Assembly: GCA_951406725.2 (NCBI GenBank)
Contig: OX597815.1
Span: 51,274,001-51,338,000 of the forward strand
Direction: 5' to 3'
From: Octopus vulgaris
Lineage: Eukaryota
Length of the DNA: 64,000 bases
The notes beneath the pieces were generated by a model. That model saw nothing but the letters and a program-made list of their open reading frames with translations. It ran no database searches and was not told where the DNA came from. This document shows, piece after piece, positions 22,513 through 37,249 of this stretch (within the stretch, counting starts at the first letter, position 1; each line of letters opens with the position of its first letter). A program made the translations under genes and the position numbers.

Positions 22513-25500
22513 TATTCTATAAGTTATTGCTCATGTAGTAGGATATGAAATTCACATTCTCTCAATTTCTTGTAATTCAGACTGCCACATGGTCCCAGAG
22601 GCCAAAATGGAAAAGCTGATGCTTAGGAGGATGGTGAGGGAGATGTGCAAGAACAGCCACTCTAACCCATGAGGCTTGCACTTGTGGATAACCATCTTTA
22701 CCTCTATAGTAACAAACAGGGATATGGTCTGGGGTCTGAGAATGCCAGGGGTCCCCAAATACACTTGTGTGTGAGTAAGTGAGTGAGTAAGTATGGCAAA
22801 GAGAGGTTTGTTTCACTTCCAATACATAAAAATTTTCTGAGGTCACCCATGTACTTTGTTATTGATTCCAAAATAACAAAATAATTTTATACCAGGAAAC
22901 ATAGTGTTGTTTCAAGTTATCTCAAAGAATATGATAGCAGGAGTAAGTACGGTTAACAGTTTACTCCTCTAAAAGTTGGATGACTTTTAGAAAATGTTTT
23001 TATTGTGTGGAAATCAATCATCCATAAGTATATGTTACGCTATTCCTCATTGACAAAGGAGGTCTACTAATGTTGAAGAATATATTAAATTGTCCCCATA
23101 CTTAGTAAAGATTAGTGTCCCTATCCCACTGCATATCCCCATTTAATTTCTAATTATTTTAAATTACAGAATTCTCCTCCTTGCCTTCCCTATAAAAATT
23201 GTCATTAATGTTAATAATTTTTCTTCTCATAACAAATATATAAATTTCAGTTGGTTAAAAATTCACTCACTACATCATTAACTAATACTTAATTATATCT
23301 TGGATTGCTTAAGAATGTTTACATCTTGCTCATTCTGTTCATCTAAATAAGTAGAAAGAAATAGTTCATGTCCACGACTCACAATGACTCTGCAACTCTT
23401 TCATATCTCAGTAAGATGCCAGCAAATTTAGATGAAATATGTTTTTGTAATTTAGTAATTATTGGATAAGTACCACTGAATATGTGGTGTGTGTGTGTGT
23501 GTGTGTGTGCATGCGCACGCATGCACACGTGCATGTGAGTGTATATGTATACATGTGTGAGGTATGAATGTATGTATGTATACAGGTGTGAGGTAGAGTG
23601 AGGCGAATAATATCAAATAATATAGTAACAATAATTGGTTGATTTAAATAATGTGACTGGAGGGATTATATAGCTGTAACAAAAATGCTGTTTTTGATTA
23701 AGCCCCAAGTCAGCCCAGATTGATTAGATCTATGATCAAAGGTTTTCCAGCTACAAAGTTCCTGCCTTTTATCAGGCATAATACTTGTAAAAACTGAATA
23801 TTTAACGTATCCTCCCATATTAAGAGATTGGTGTGTGATTTGAGATTTGGTAACTATTTCTAGCAGGCTGAGTAATCACATAGAGACTCTGTTCTCAGCT
23901 TGGAAGAAACAATGTTGAGATAGTAGTTCAAAGGTAAGGTGTAAAAGATGGATATGGTGATAGGAATGGTCTCAAGTATAAGAGCAGAAAAATAAATATA
24001 AAAATATCTGTGATAATAAAAATTTTCATAGTTTGCTGACCTTTAATATATTTAAACTTCAATATCCTATTGTTTGCATTTTATATTTTCCCTATTTTGA
24101 CATTTTGGAAATAAACAGAAATAAAACAAAACAAAAATAATAATAATAATAATAACAACAATAATGATAATAATAATATTAATAAAAGTGAAAAACAGAA
24201 GGATTCAAATGCAATTCTTTAAATAACAATAAGAAAAAACAGGCTCAGTTTGGTTTACAATGAAACTTACCAGGAAAAAAATATTGTGTTTTTGTACTAA
24301 ACCAGACAGATTTTAGTTACATACAAAATATTTTCCTTAATTACTGTATGAATTTATTTTCTTCACATATTTTAAGTTGAAAAGGAAATTACAAATCTTT
24401 ATTAATTTGAGCTAAAAGACATCTCTAAATCAACTGTGTATGTACATGTACATTTCAATACACAAAACCATTGTATACATATTCACACAAATACATACAT
24501 ACATAAAATCAAAGCAAGATGGAAAGAAAGTGGGTGTACAGGAAATGTATCATATCCTTGTATGCTTTTGTGCAGATATTAGCTATGTGAATGGGTTTCA
24601 GGTGTCTACATAAAGAGCAACTATGAAAATAGACTGTAATTCAGCGGTAGACTGACACTTAGACTAATAGCAATTTGAAAGAATCAACTCTTACATTTGA
24701 GAACTTGATAGAACGAAAAGATATTTTTCGTTAATAAATCATAATTTCATGTTAGGTTCTTTTGAAACAATTCCAGCCAGCTTCCCAATTCAACCATTAA
24801 CACAAGATACATTTGCCTTACTTCAGCTGGCCTCACATGAATATTAAGCTTATCCATCTACAATTTCTTCTTTCTACTGTTTATAAGATGCTATCATATG
24901 CCACCATCAATTGTTTCACTCATTGTACGGATGGGAAGAATTTTGCAATCCTAATTCAGATTGGACTGGATTAGTTCCAATAAAGGGAGTTTTGTCTTAC
25001 AACATCTATCTCTTCCAATAAGCTTCAATCACAGTCATTGTGAACTCAACTCCTCTGATTGCTTATACAAGTAATAACAAACTATACACCACTCACAATT
25101 TAGCTGGTTCTTGTAAAAGAATATTATCATTGTATCAGTGTGTTCATTCTATCATTGCTTGACATACATACTACACACATACACACACACATTTACTCAT
25201 ATTTTTTAACAGAGACAAAAAGAAACTGCAGAAGCATCTTCTTAAGTAAGCAAACTGTTACCACTGAAAACTAAGATCTGATATGGTATTTCATATAATA
25301 CTATCATTAAGTTGATATGATGGAAGGAAGAAATATATATGTATCAGTTTCACATAATCATAAATGGCAACTGATTGAAGTAGCAGAGAACTTGGCTCCA
25401 TCTGATTAAGTAGTTGAGGCTTAACTCCTTCATATTCACCAATAGGTTTAATACCTGAGCTTTATGTATGGGTTAGACAGATCTGCCTAGCTACAACACT

Positions 25501-27389
25501 TATCACAATAATAGTTCAAGAAAAAACTAACTAGGCACTTCCTAACCTTAGGTAAGCATATCATCATAGTCTTTTAACATCCATGTTCCATGTTGGCATG
25601 ATTAAATATATTTGAAGACTTAGTTGTATTTATTTTCTTATGCCTTAAATCTGTAGAAAAATTTAGATAAATTCTATGACAAATTCATTACTATGTTGAT
25701 GTGTATCTAGAAATAAAACTGAATGATTTGTTTTCTCCAGCCATTTTAATTTTCTTAGTGAATTCAATGAATTTAAATAGATTTTTTGGGATAGTATAAA
25801 TTACAGCTATGTTTGTTCATTTGTAATCAATGTATCAACCTTCTATTATTAAAGAAATTACCCTTAATTCTTAGTGAATTTAGCCTTAATGCATACATTA
25901 CATACACACATACATACATATATGTAACATGAAGTTTTAGCTTAATCTGATCAATCTTGATGTTTGCTTTTCTTTCAAACTTCTTTCTATTTCAAAGCTC
26001 TTCACTATTCTTTAAATTAGCTGAAACTCACAAGGTAGACTCAAAAGGTGTTCATAGAGAGATTATATAAAAGTAAAGAATGGTATTATCATCATCTTGT
26101 ACAGCAAGTCAGAGCCTAACAACAGGAAATATGTCACACTCTATAAATTAAAACTTCCTGATTCATACTGAATCCTTTCCGGAATGCTTTCAACTCCCCC
26201 AGTTATTTTGGATTGCTTAAGAGAACTTGGCAACTTACAAACAAAAATCTTTAAGGGTATATTGTTTTCACAGTTTTCTTTTTTCTCTTTTGGCAAATGT
26301 AAAGGGTTGTATATAGGTAAAAATGACATATATCCAGTTTTCATTTTTCTTTTTTTTTTTTAAAGAATAGTTTAAGCATTCTTTCACAAGAAAATAAAAT
26401 TATAGTAAAATTCTTGAAAAACTTAGGAAGTTTGCCAAAAAGATATTTCTCATGGTTCTAGAAACTTCCAGGAAACTTGCCCTTTTTGTGTTTAAAGGAT
26501 GTGTATTTTTTATGTTTATATTAATGGTTCTGTGATGACGCCAAATACCAATAATGCCTCCAGTGGCAGAAAATTATTAGAGTTCTGGTTTAGATATTGT
26601 TATTAAGAAGATATCTAATGGAAGCTAGTCAGAATCTTCATAATGGTTATACCAAAAATTGGTTCTCTTTATTTTTTTAACTATGTAAATGATGTTTCAG
26701 TGAATTCTGTAGAGTATAAGGCAAGCTCTTAGCAAATTAAATCTATCATCCTATTTTGATTTTTGAGTTGTAATTTCAGTTCTTTTGCATTGCAAATAAT
26801 CTTGGAAAAGACATAAACACAACAACCCCTAGCAGCAATTGATAGAAACTTCTGATCATAAAAAAGTTAGCACTGCTATTCTTTCCTTAATGCTTATGCA
26901 AGGTATATAAATTACAGAATGATGGAAATAAAGTTCAAGTATTTTTAACTAAACTTTACTCAATACATAATTCAGGTGAAGTATCAAAAATATGAAACTT
27001 TTACTACTATAACCAATTTGATGATGCGAAACTTAGTGCTTAGATACATTCCACAAAATGTAGAATTAAACAAAATAGTACAATATGGAGTCATTATAAC
27101 ACAGCCCATATATAGATACATGAGCTTGAAAGGCTATTTTCAACAGAGACAAAACACAAATTAAGGTGATAAACATCAATAGCTTAATAACCTTAGGTAA
27201 CCTTGCAGAATGTGATGTAACATGTTGTAATACAAAGTTATGATGAAATTAGAAAACAAGTTTAATTAAGGTCTAATGTTCCTTAAGGTCTAATTAAAAT
27301 TGTATAAATAAATAAATTTAATTACAAGGACATAAGTTTAGAAACAATTAAATTAGTTGAAAAGCTGCATTGCAAAATAGGAGATGCTA

Positions 27390-29100
27390 TATTTGGAATG
27401 AGGGTCCAGGCTGTTGCTCTTTCTTGCACATTGGCTACTTTTCAAAGAATGCATCTAATGCCATCTATGATTTCTTAAATGTTTTCACCTGAAGCAGTTC
27501 ACATGTCCAGAACAAATCTCTCTGCCTTGAGTCATTCTCAGTGAGCTGGTTCATAATTTCTGTAATCTTTGTGATGCTGTTATTGAGGAATTCAGATATA
27601 AGAATTTTTTCTGGTGTTACCGACCCTACAATAAGATCTTTTGGGTTTACTTTAGATGTGTTGCTGTTCTAATTGCTGATGCTCTGCCATAGATTAACTC
27701 TTGCCATTAACTCCACAAAATCTTCAGCTTTGGACTTTTGCATTCTCCCTTCATTAGCATTTTGCATCCTCCCTCCAGTGTCATTAATGATGCTGGTTAT
27801 CATTAAAAATGTTCCTTCATAAAATTCCAAGAAATCATTGCATGGCTCTTGACATATTACAGATTCTCTTCATATCACTTTTGATAATTTCATTTTAGAT
27901 TGCTCTGCTATTCTCTCTGGCCTTCATGATATGGGGTTTTCCAAAAGTTCCTGATAGATTGTTTATCCTATTTATCCAAAAGTTCCTAATACTTATTTGA
28001 AAATGCAACTATGGTAGCAGGTTTTAATATTAGAACTAATACCCTGATTGGAAACAAGAAGTGGTGTTTGATAGTAGGTAACTACTTTAACAGGAATGCA
28101 GATCTGCTTTAGGTTCAAGGTCATATTTCTCATAAAACTTTTCAATGCTGGGTACAAGCCTTATATAAAAATTTCTATTGTACTTCAAACTTCTTTGTTT
28201 AATTTCTAAATCACAGGCAATATATGTCTTTGATATTCTGTCATTGGTTGTGATGCTTCTAAATAATAAACAAGCTTGAAATTTGAAGTGTTACCACCAT
28301 ATAAAAGTATTAAGTCGTTTTTCCTGGTCTCAAGCCCAGAACCTATTCTTCTTCTCTCCCTTTCTTTCTCCTGGGAGATGAAAAGGATGGAAAGCATTCT
28401 TTTTCAGTATAACCCATTTCAGCTACATTGAATACAAGGTGAGAAGTGTAATCATGCTCAGTGATACTCTTAAGAACCTGGAACACTCTTTGGTTAACTG
28501 GTTGTCTGTACTTGCAGCTTCACCAGAGATATGGATGATGTACAGGTTATGCTACCATTTGAATCTATCAAACTAACTTCTATTAGCAGTGAATGCTTTG
28601 GAATCATCATCTTGTAAGAGTCTAAAAATGCTCCTCACTTATTCCATTATGATAAATTACCTTAACCATATCATCAACCACCATCAACCATATAACATGT
28701 CGAATTTTCTTTCATGGAATAAGTTACATTCTTTACTGATAATGGTAAGGTCATTGTGGCAGAAGCTTTTATTTTCAAAAAATTTTTCATGATGGTTCTG
28801 ATTCTTCTCATGGCTAAGTTTAAAGACTTACCTCCAAAACACCTGACATTTTCCAGATTCCGGTTGTTTTAACACCTAGAATTTTACATCCAGTATGATG
28901 CTTTTTTCTAGCACCTTAAACAAACCTTCAGCAATTCTAGTTGCAGGCTGTTTCTACTGAGTGTATGCCACAATATGCATGAATATATGTGATAGTTTCT
29001 TATGTTCTTTCATAATTTCATTTTCTAGGAAAACACTTTTACCTTCAATTTTACTTTCATGGAGCAGCAGACAGTAGGACAGTAAGGAAGGTATTCCAGT
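27390..29100 (-). mobile_element. very decayed non-LTR retrotransposon remnants
   Basis: Composition and strand bias like old LINE coding sequence; no diagnostic motif confidently readable. Confidence 0.25.
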
Positions 29101-30129
29101 TTCTTGCTATTTTTTACTATTTTTTTACACCTTTTCTTTTATCTTTTTTTTACCTGTTTCAGTCATTGGATTGTGGCCATGCCAGGGCACTGTCATGAAG
29201 TGTTTAGACAAACAACTCAATCCCACTACTTATTTTTAAAATATGGTAATTTTTCTTGTTTATTGCTGAATTGCTAAGTTATGAATATGTAAACAAACCA
29301 ACATCAACTGTCACTATAAATTTTTTAACTCACTTCATATTTAAACAATCTTCACTATGGAATGAACTTGAACACATGAATCAACAAGTGAAGGATGAAA
29401 GATGAAGAAAAACAGGAAACAAGAGAAAGTTTAAGACACAACCAACAGATAAGAAGAGCCAACATGACTGAGCATCAGCATGCAGGATGCCTATGATATC
29501 AAAGAGAAAGTCAACAGATACGCAAAGAGAATAAGGACAGCAAACAGCTAGCTCATTCTATGTGACAACAACACTGAGAGAGAAGTTTGACAAAATAACA
29601 TGAACAAAGAACAGCAGGCAGAATATCAGGAAGAGCTTTAAGAAAAGAATCAAATATGATGAAAAACATGAATGATAGAGCATCAGAATTAACATGCTTT
29701 TTTTCTTCAATAACCTTAATCTGTTGTTTAATATATTATTATAAAAATCTTTAACATGTCAAAACAAAATGTATAAATTCATACATCAAAATAAAAGAAA
29801 GAAAATTCATGGGACGTACAATTTTCACAAGGCCTGCTAGTTATAATTATATTCTACTGAAAATATACTGTCTCCAAAAATGAAATAAAAGAAAAAAATG
29901 AAAAAAAAGAAAATAAGCACAATACTGAATCAGTTCTAAACAAGGTATTACTGGAGTCTAACTAAAATTTCGAACAACAATTTTCAGAAACTTCAAAAAC
30001 TTTCCTTTTTCTTTTGGACACCAATTTTATATAGTTCGAGGTGAATCTAGGTGACTCAGTGTAATCTCTTGGCTGGAAACTTAATGGAATGATGATGTGT
30101 TGGAGAAATCTTTTATATTACAAAATATT

Positions 30130-30335
30130 GGTTTCAAATTTTGGCACAAGGCAAGGATGTTCAGAAGAGGATGTCAGATGCTTACATCAACCCCAGTCCT
30201 CAACTAGTCTCTATTTTATTGATCCCCAAAAGGATAAAAGGCAAAGTTGACCATTTGAACTCAGAACATAAAGATGAACGAAATGCTCTAAGCATTTTGC
30301 CTGGCATGCTAATGATTCTGCCAGCTCACACCTTA
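30130..30335 (-). mobile_element. SINE family B
   Basis: ggtttcaaattttggcacaagg ... gatccccaaaaggataaaaggcaaagttgacc ... gattctgccagctcacacc. Confidence 0.8.
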
Positions 30336-30355
30336 TATATTACAAAATTGACAGT

Positions 30356-30585
30356 TTAACCATTTTGTTACCATATTTCTGTTGAGATGCTCTGTGTTTC
30401 TTTCAATTAATTTTAAATATAACAAAGAATTTAGTAAAATAGCTTAGTTATAATTAAGCTAGTGTTAGGAACATAAATTGTGACTAAGGTTTGGTGGAAG
30501 ACATTAATTCAAAACTTTTGAAAACAAGACATTTGTACTACAGAGCCAGAGGTGGTTTCATGTGGGTTGGTATCAAAAGGGTTAA
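30356..30585. mobile_element. piggyBac-like MITE
   Basis: TTAA target duplication with TIRs ccattttgttacca / tggtatcaaaaggg. Confidence 0.75.
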
Positions 30586-32208
30586 GAAGACATGAAATTA
30601 TGGTTTCTTAAATTTTATTCAGAGAAATATTAACTGTTGGTCGACATATTTCAATGATTATTGAAAGAAACAAGGAATTTCAGTCATTTGGCAATAAATA
30701 TTATGCATCATTCATATTTGTTTGTTTGGTCACCTACATAATAAGTAGGAGACAAAAAGGTGGAGGTGGTGGTAAATACATGAAAGACATTAAAACATCT
30801 ATTCAGATTGGTGTGATTAAAGACAAAGAAATTTAGAATGTAAAACTAATGAGTGGCTGCAACATGTTATTTAACATCACATGAGAAGAAGATATTATCA
30901 TTATATAAATATTACAATTTTATAAATGAACAAAATAAGCAGACTGGATATTAAATTATGAAATTAATAAAGGTGTGCAGGAAAATCAAGCTACATAAAA
31001 AGAAACAAAACAAAACAAAAATTATATTAAAGCAATATAATGTGTAGACAAAATGAACACTAACAAAGAAACTGTATGAAACACTAAGAGAACTATTACA
31101 TTACTGTTAGATGGTAAATAATATGCATATCTCATTTATATTTATATAGTTGTTTTAAACAAAATTGTTTAAGTTAACAGAAAAAAAAAACAGTGCCTCT
31201 GATGTTTTTAAAGGCTTTCAAGGCTAATGAGAGACCAGCACTAAATGCATTTAAGAGCCAGATGGTGGTATTGAAGTTGGAGATGGAACATCCACTTTGA
31301 TGAGCTTCTACACAGCTTTGGTTGACCTGAATCTGTGATAGAAGACACTTTCTCTAGGTTCCACATAATGGTATCAAACCCTAACTCACATAGTTGCAAA
31401 GCAAGCTTCTTAAGCTCACTTGATCCTCTTTTATATTTCTGTTGCATGTTTTAAAATTTGTTGAATAAAAGCTGATAATTTCACCAAAGTGTTTTTAGGC
31501 CATTAACTTATAGTATCTTTTCCCAGGCCACAAAAAAAGTCCATCAAGATGCAGCTAAAGTTCATGCTGACAGATATTAAATCAACAACCAATAAAAATA
31601 AAAAAGGTCATAAAGTTCAAATACAAGACAATTCTTTTAAATTAGGTCCAATACATTATTCTCAATTCCAGTGATGAAGATTTAATTCTGATTCTTGTGA
31701 TGACCACCAAGAATTAATCAGCTGATGGAGATAACTAGAGAAAGAAATTTCTTACTTCTGAACTTTTTTGCTAATTTTCTAACATGATCTTATAGTACTT
31801 CAATAAAATAGCAATGCTAGAATCAAAGCTTTTTAAAGTAATTTAGGCAAAGCTTAAGGAAGCTATATGGAAAATAAGTTGATCTGAGCTTCATCTTATT
31901 TTCTTTACTGAATCACAGCTGTATATAGAGCAAAGCTGATAGACTAGTGATTTAATAACAATTGTTCTTTCATTGGAATTTATCAATAAGAAAATAATTG
32001 AGTATCATTAACAAATGACTATTTTTTGTTCAGATGTTCAGTGTCTTAACAACTGAGATGCGATACAGAATTATTTCTATAAAATGTAAAATGACTTATT
32101 TCTCAAAACTGTTCAATGTGTAACCATGACAAGATCTGACCAACATTATACCAATAATAGTGTATTATTATATAATAGATTGTGTTATACATATATATAT
32201 ATATGTGT

Positions 32209-32935
32209 CTTATTTTCCATCCCACAGGGAGTCCAACAGCACCCTCCTCACCAAGCGAGCCTGGTGGGGTTGTCAGTTTAGTCGCCGACATCCCGACCAT
32301 GCAACAGGTTGTACTGGATTACATGTTACCAGTAACACTCTAGAGCGACCTGGGACAGGAAGTAGATATGTGCTGTGATATCGAAAGGAGATCTCATGGA
32401 GAGTAAGGGCCGGATGGAAGGCGTTCAATGGCATAAAGGATGTGCTCAAGGGAAGGTTGGACAGGACCACCCGCGCCAACCTCATTAACAGTGCAGTTCT
32501 GCCTGCAATGTTATATGGTAGTGAAACATGGGCTACCACAAAGAGAGAAGAGCAAAGACTGGTAACGGCTCAAAGAGCCATGGAAAGGTCAATGCTTGGT
32601 ATCTCGTTGAGAGAGCACATAAGTAGCGAGATCATCAGAAAGAGGTCCGGCATGAGAGATGTCATCGCAGAGTATACACGCAGCAAGTATAGATGGGCTG
32701 GACACGTTGCCCGGCTCACAGATAATCGGTGGACGCACGCAGTTGTCGAGTGGTACCCGCGCAAGCGGAAAAGACCACCCGGAAGACCTCCATGACGGTG
32801 GAGTTACGATTTCAGAAGGACGATTGGGAACACATGGATGAGAAAAGCGTGATCCAGAGGAGTGGACAGCATGCTGTGACCAGCGGTGTCAAATGGACGC
32901 TTGACAGACTGGTCGGTCAAGGTGATCAAGGTGAT
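32209..32935 (+). mobile_element. internally deleted (bipartite) RTE element
   Basis: Structured 5' segment joined to LGQEVDM..EISWRVRAGWKAF..AMLYGSETW..RWAGHVAR..RPPGRPP; (CAAGGTGAT)2 tail; atatgtgt on both flanks. Confidence 0.85.
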
Positions 32936-32989
32936 ATATGTGTGTGTGTGTAAACTGCGATAGCCACCTTAATAATAATTTATATATAC

Positions 32990-33538
32990 TCTTTTACTTT
33001 TTTACTTGTTTTAGTCATTTGACTGCAGCCATGCTGGAGCACCGCCTTAGTTGAACAAATCAACCCCAGGACTTATTCTTTGTAAGCTTAATACTTATTC
33101 TATCGGTCACTTTTGCCAAACCGCTAAGTTATGGGGACGAAAAACAGCAACATCGGTTGCCAAGCGATGGTGGGGGAACAAACACAGACACACAAACATA
33201 TATATCATCATCGTCATCATTATCATCACCACCATCGTCATCATTTAACATCCATTGTTTATGCTGGCATGGGTTGAATGGTTTGACTGGGCTGGCATAC
33301 TGGAGGACTGCACCAGACTCCAGTCTGATTTGGCATGGTTTTCTACGGCTGGATACCTTTCCTAATGCCAACCACTCTGAACTTGTAATGGGTGCTTTTA
33401 CATGCCACTGGGGTGTCTTTATGTGCCATCAGTACAAGTGCCAATTTGTGTGACATCAGTATCTGCCACAACTGCAATTTTGCTTGGCTTGATGGGTCTT
33501 CTTCTCAACCTTCTTACAACACAGCCACGCCTGTGCCT

Positions 33539-33569
<31 letters not shown>

Positions 33570-33715
33570 ATAGACATGTAAAAACAATCACTACACTCTT
33601 GGAGTGGTTTGCGTTAGGAAGGGCATTCAGTTGTAGAAACCTTGCCAGTCCTCAGTCAAACCATCCAACCCATACCAGCAAGGAAAGCAGGCGTTAAACG
33701 ATGATGATGATGATG
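32990..33715. mobile_element. SINE A (-) with nested RTE-tail copy (-), followed by an RTE-tail copy (+)
   Basis: SINE A 3' half 32990-33200, RTE tail 33240-33510 (-), SINE A 5' tip about 33515-33540, RTE tail 33590-33715 (+) ending in (GAT)n. Confidence 0.75.
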
Positions 33716-35583
33716 ATATATATATTTACAGTTTGTACTACACAACACAATAACAAGAGTAATAGACTGTTGTTAGGTAGCCATAATTGGTTCCAGTTGA
33801 GAATCTATACTTTTGCTGGTTTCAGTCATCAAACTGCAGCAAAAGTAAAAACCTGCCTTCAAGGGTTTTGTTGAATATTTTAACTTTAGTATCTATTTCT
33901 GCCGGGTACTTATTTTAGTATTCTATATCTTTGAAACTGCTACATAACAGGACACAAAAGGAAATAAAATAAAGAACACCAAAACATAAACACACACATA
34001 TGCATGCTTATATATGAACATATATAAATATACCTGGCACTCAAAAATGAGCATGACATAGCACAGCATATGACAATGTTGTTACATCAACTCTCTGCAA
34101 CAAACTCTACTCACAAGATGTCTAAGGTGACTTGGCAATACTCTCCGTCAGCCTCTGGGGGAATTCATTCACAAGGCAGTCAATTCAGCTCCCCTCCCAG
34201 GCTGGCACAAACAAGCCAGAGGAAAACTGAAGACATAGCTAGTGACAATAAAAGTGGATGTGGGAGCACAGCTGGGCCCCAACATCTACTGCCTTCAGCA
34301 GTGGAAGCATACAGCTTCAAACTGTAGCCAACCATCAGATGTAATCAGCATTTGTGATGGGGACATGGTGAACTCATTAGCTGAAAGACAGCTCAACTAA
34401 CCTTAGGCCAATGCCACTGCAAGTACAAGTACCAATCTTTCATTAATTGTTTTAGGTCACTCTGTAGTTGCAAGCATACACAGGCACCCTCTTAACTTTC
34501 TTGCTTTTGACCCAGTGGAGCATCCAGGATGTGACATCTGGAGGGAGAGGGTAGCTGTACCTGCACTTGGATGGAACTCATTTGAGCTGAATATACTGGA
34601 GCAACATAAATGAAGTGTTTTTCAAGAATAAAATCCTGCTACTGGGTTCAGGGACTGGACCTACATCTTTATGAACATGAGTCCAACACAATTTCGATCA
34701 ACTAAATTTCACTCAAAAAAATACTGTTTAACATGAGAAGACACTTGCTCAAAGTGCTATGTTGTGGGATTGAACCCAAAATTATGTGGTTGTAAAGCAC
34801 ACTTAATCACACAACATGCAATCAATCGAATATCTAAGCCAATGTTTTGAGCACAAGATGTTGTCACTTATGACATGTCTTAAGGCTTTTGCATTTATAT
34901 CTTAAAAGCAACACCAGTGGGATACACAATTTAAATTGATTTTAACAAAATTTGATCTTAGAACAGAAAGTTGTATTGCAGAGATATCATTATCAACATT
35001 TAATGTCCATTGTCCATACTGACTTGACAGAAACTGGCAAGGCCAGTGGTCACACTAGGTTCTATAGTCTATTTTGGCTTGCTTTCTATGGCTGGATGCC
35101 CTTCCTAATGCAAACCTCTTCATAAAGTGTACTGGGTACTTTTCACATGGCACCAGCATCAGTGCTTTTCCCATGCACTCATACCAATACTTTTTATGTG
35201 GCATCTTGGTTTTAGAATCTCACTTCTGTTGGGGGTGGTGGTCTTCTCAAGTATAGCAATGCACCACATATTTCAGTCCTCTATCATCTCCTTCATAAGG
35301 TTCAGCAGTTTGAGATCAGAATTCAATACTTCGCCCCATGTCTTCCTGGATCTCCCTCTGCCACAATTACCAAACAATTTTTGGTGTTCCCACTATAACT
35401 AAAACAGATGTAGTTAATTCATCATTATTATTTAATAACCATTTTCCATGCAGGCATGATAAATAGTTTGTAATGAGTAAAGTGAAACTTAAAATTGATC
35501 TAACAGAATGTGTGTTGTGAGAGTTAATAACTAACAGTACAACAACCAATGACACATATTTTTTCTCATTTAAGGAAGAAAGT

Positions 35584-36665
35584 GGAGATGTGTAGCTTAG
35601 TGGTTAGGGTGTTGAACTCATGATCGTGAGATTGTGGTTTTGATTCTTGGACTGGGTGACATGTGTTCCTGAGCAAAGCACTTCATTTCATGTTGGTCCA
35701 GTCCACTCAGCTGGCAAAAATAAGTAATCATGCGATGGACCAGTGTCCCATCCAGGTGGGGAATATATATGCCATGGAAACAGGGGAACAGGTCCTATGA
35801 GTCTATATGACTTGGGAAGGAACTTTACCATTACTTACTAGGGAAGAAAAAGCAAAATTAATATGTGATTTATTACTACTATTGCAATTCTATTATTATT
35901 GCTGAAGTTATTAATATTATGAGCTGGCAGAATTGTTAGCATGCCAGGTGAAATACTCAGCGGCGTTTCATCTGTTTTCACATTAAGAGATCAAATGCTG
36001 CTGGGGTTGACTTTGCCTCAGGGGTCAATAAAATAAGTACCAGTTGAGTACAGGGGGTTGATGTAACCAACTTACCTGTCTCCCGCAAAATTGCTACCTT
36101 TGTGGCAAAATTTGAAACTGTATCTTCAAATGCTGACCTCACAGAGGCAATGCCAAATGACTGAGACCTTTAGTGATATGCTGTGCTTGAGAAGACTCAT
36201 CAAGCCAAATAAAAGTGTAGTTGTGGCCAATACCAGTATCATGTAATTGGCACCTGTGCTTGTGGCACATAAAAAGCACCTTTCAAGCATTGGGTTTCAC
36301 AGAGGTAATGTGGCTAATGTTGGTGTTGTGTAACTAGTGGCATGTAAAATGCACCTTTCAAGCATTGGCCTCATGGAGGCAATGACAAATGATTGAGACT
36401 TTCAGCAATATTCCATGCTTGAGTAGAAGACCCATCCAGTCAAGTGAAATCATATCATAATCATGGCAGATACTGGTGTCACACAACTGGTACCCATGCA
36501 GGTGGCATGTAAAAGCACCCATTACACTCCCAGAGTGGTTGGTGTTAGGAAAGGCATCCAGTTATAGAAATCATGCCAAATCAGACTGGAGACTGGTGCA
36601 GCCCCTCAGTTTGCCAGCCCTGGTCAAATCATCCAACCCATGCCAGCATGAGCAATGGACATTAA

Positions 36666-36698
<33 letters not shown>

Positions 36699-37202
36699 AA
36701 GGTGGCAAGCTGACACAATCATTAATGTGTCAGACAAAATGCTTAGTGATATGGTCATTAAAATAAGTACCAGTTGAGCACTGAATCTATGTAATTAACT
36801 AAAGACCTTCTCCTAAAATTTCTGGCCTTGTGCCAATATTTGAAACCATTATAATTATTTTTACCCAAGTAGCCTTATTTTTATTGTGCACTTTCATTAC
36901 ACTACTGAACACAGCTCTGTAGACCTTAGGTGTTTGCTGTGTTTTATTTTGATTTCATATTTTCCACTAGCTTAACAGAACTAGTCTTCAATATCTAAGG
37001 TACTTGTGGACAATAGAAGAAATCATCATTAGTAGTAGTAGCAGTATTTGCGCTCTGAGTTCAAATTCCACTGAGGTCAGCTTCACCTTTCATTCTTTAG
37101 GGGGTCAATAAAATAAATACTAGCTGAATACTGAGGCCAATGTAATTGACATATCCCTCTCTCTGAAACTGCTGGGCTTGTGCCAAAATTATTATTAGTA
37201 GT

Positions 37203-37249
<47 letters not shown>

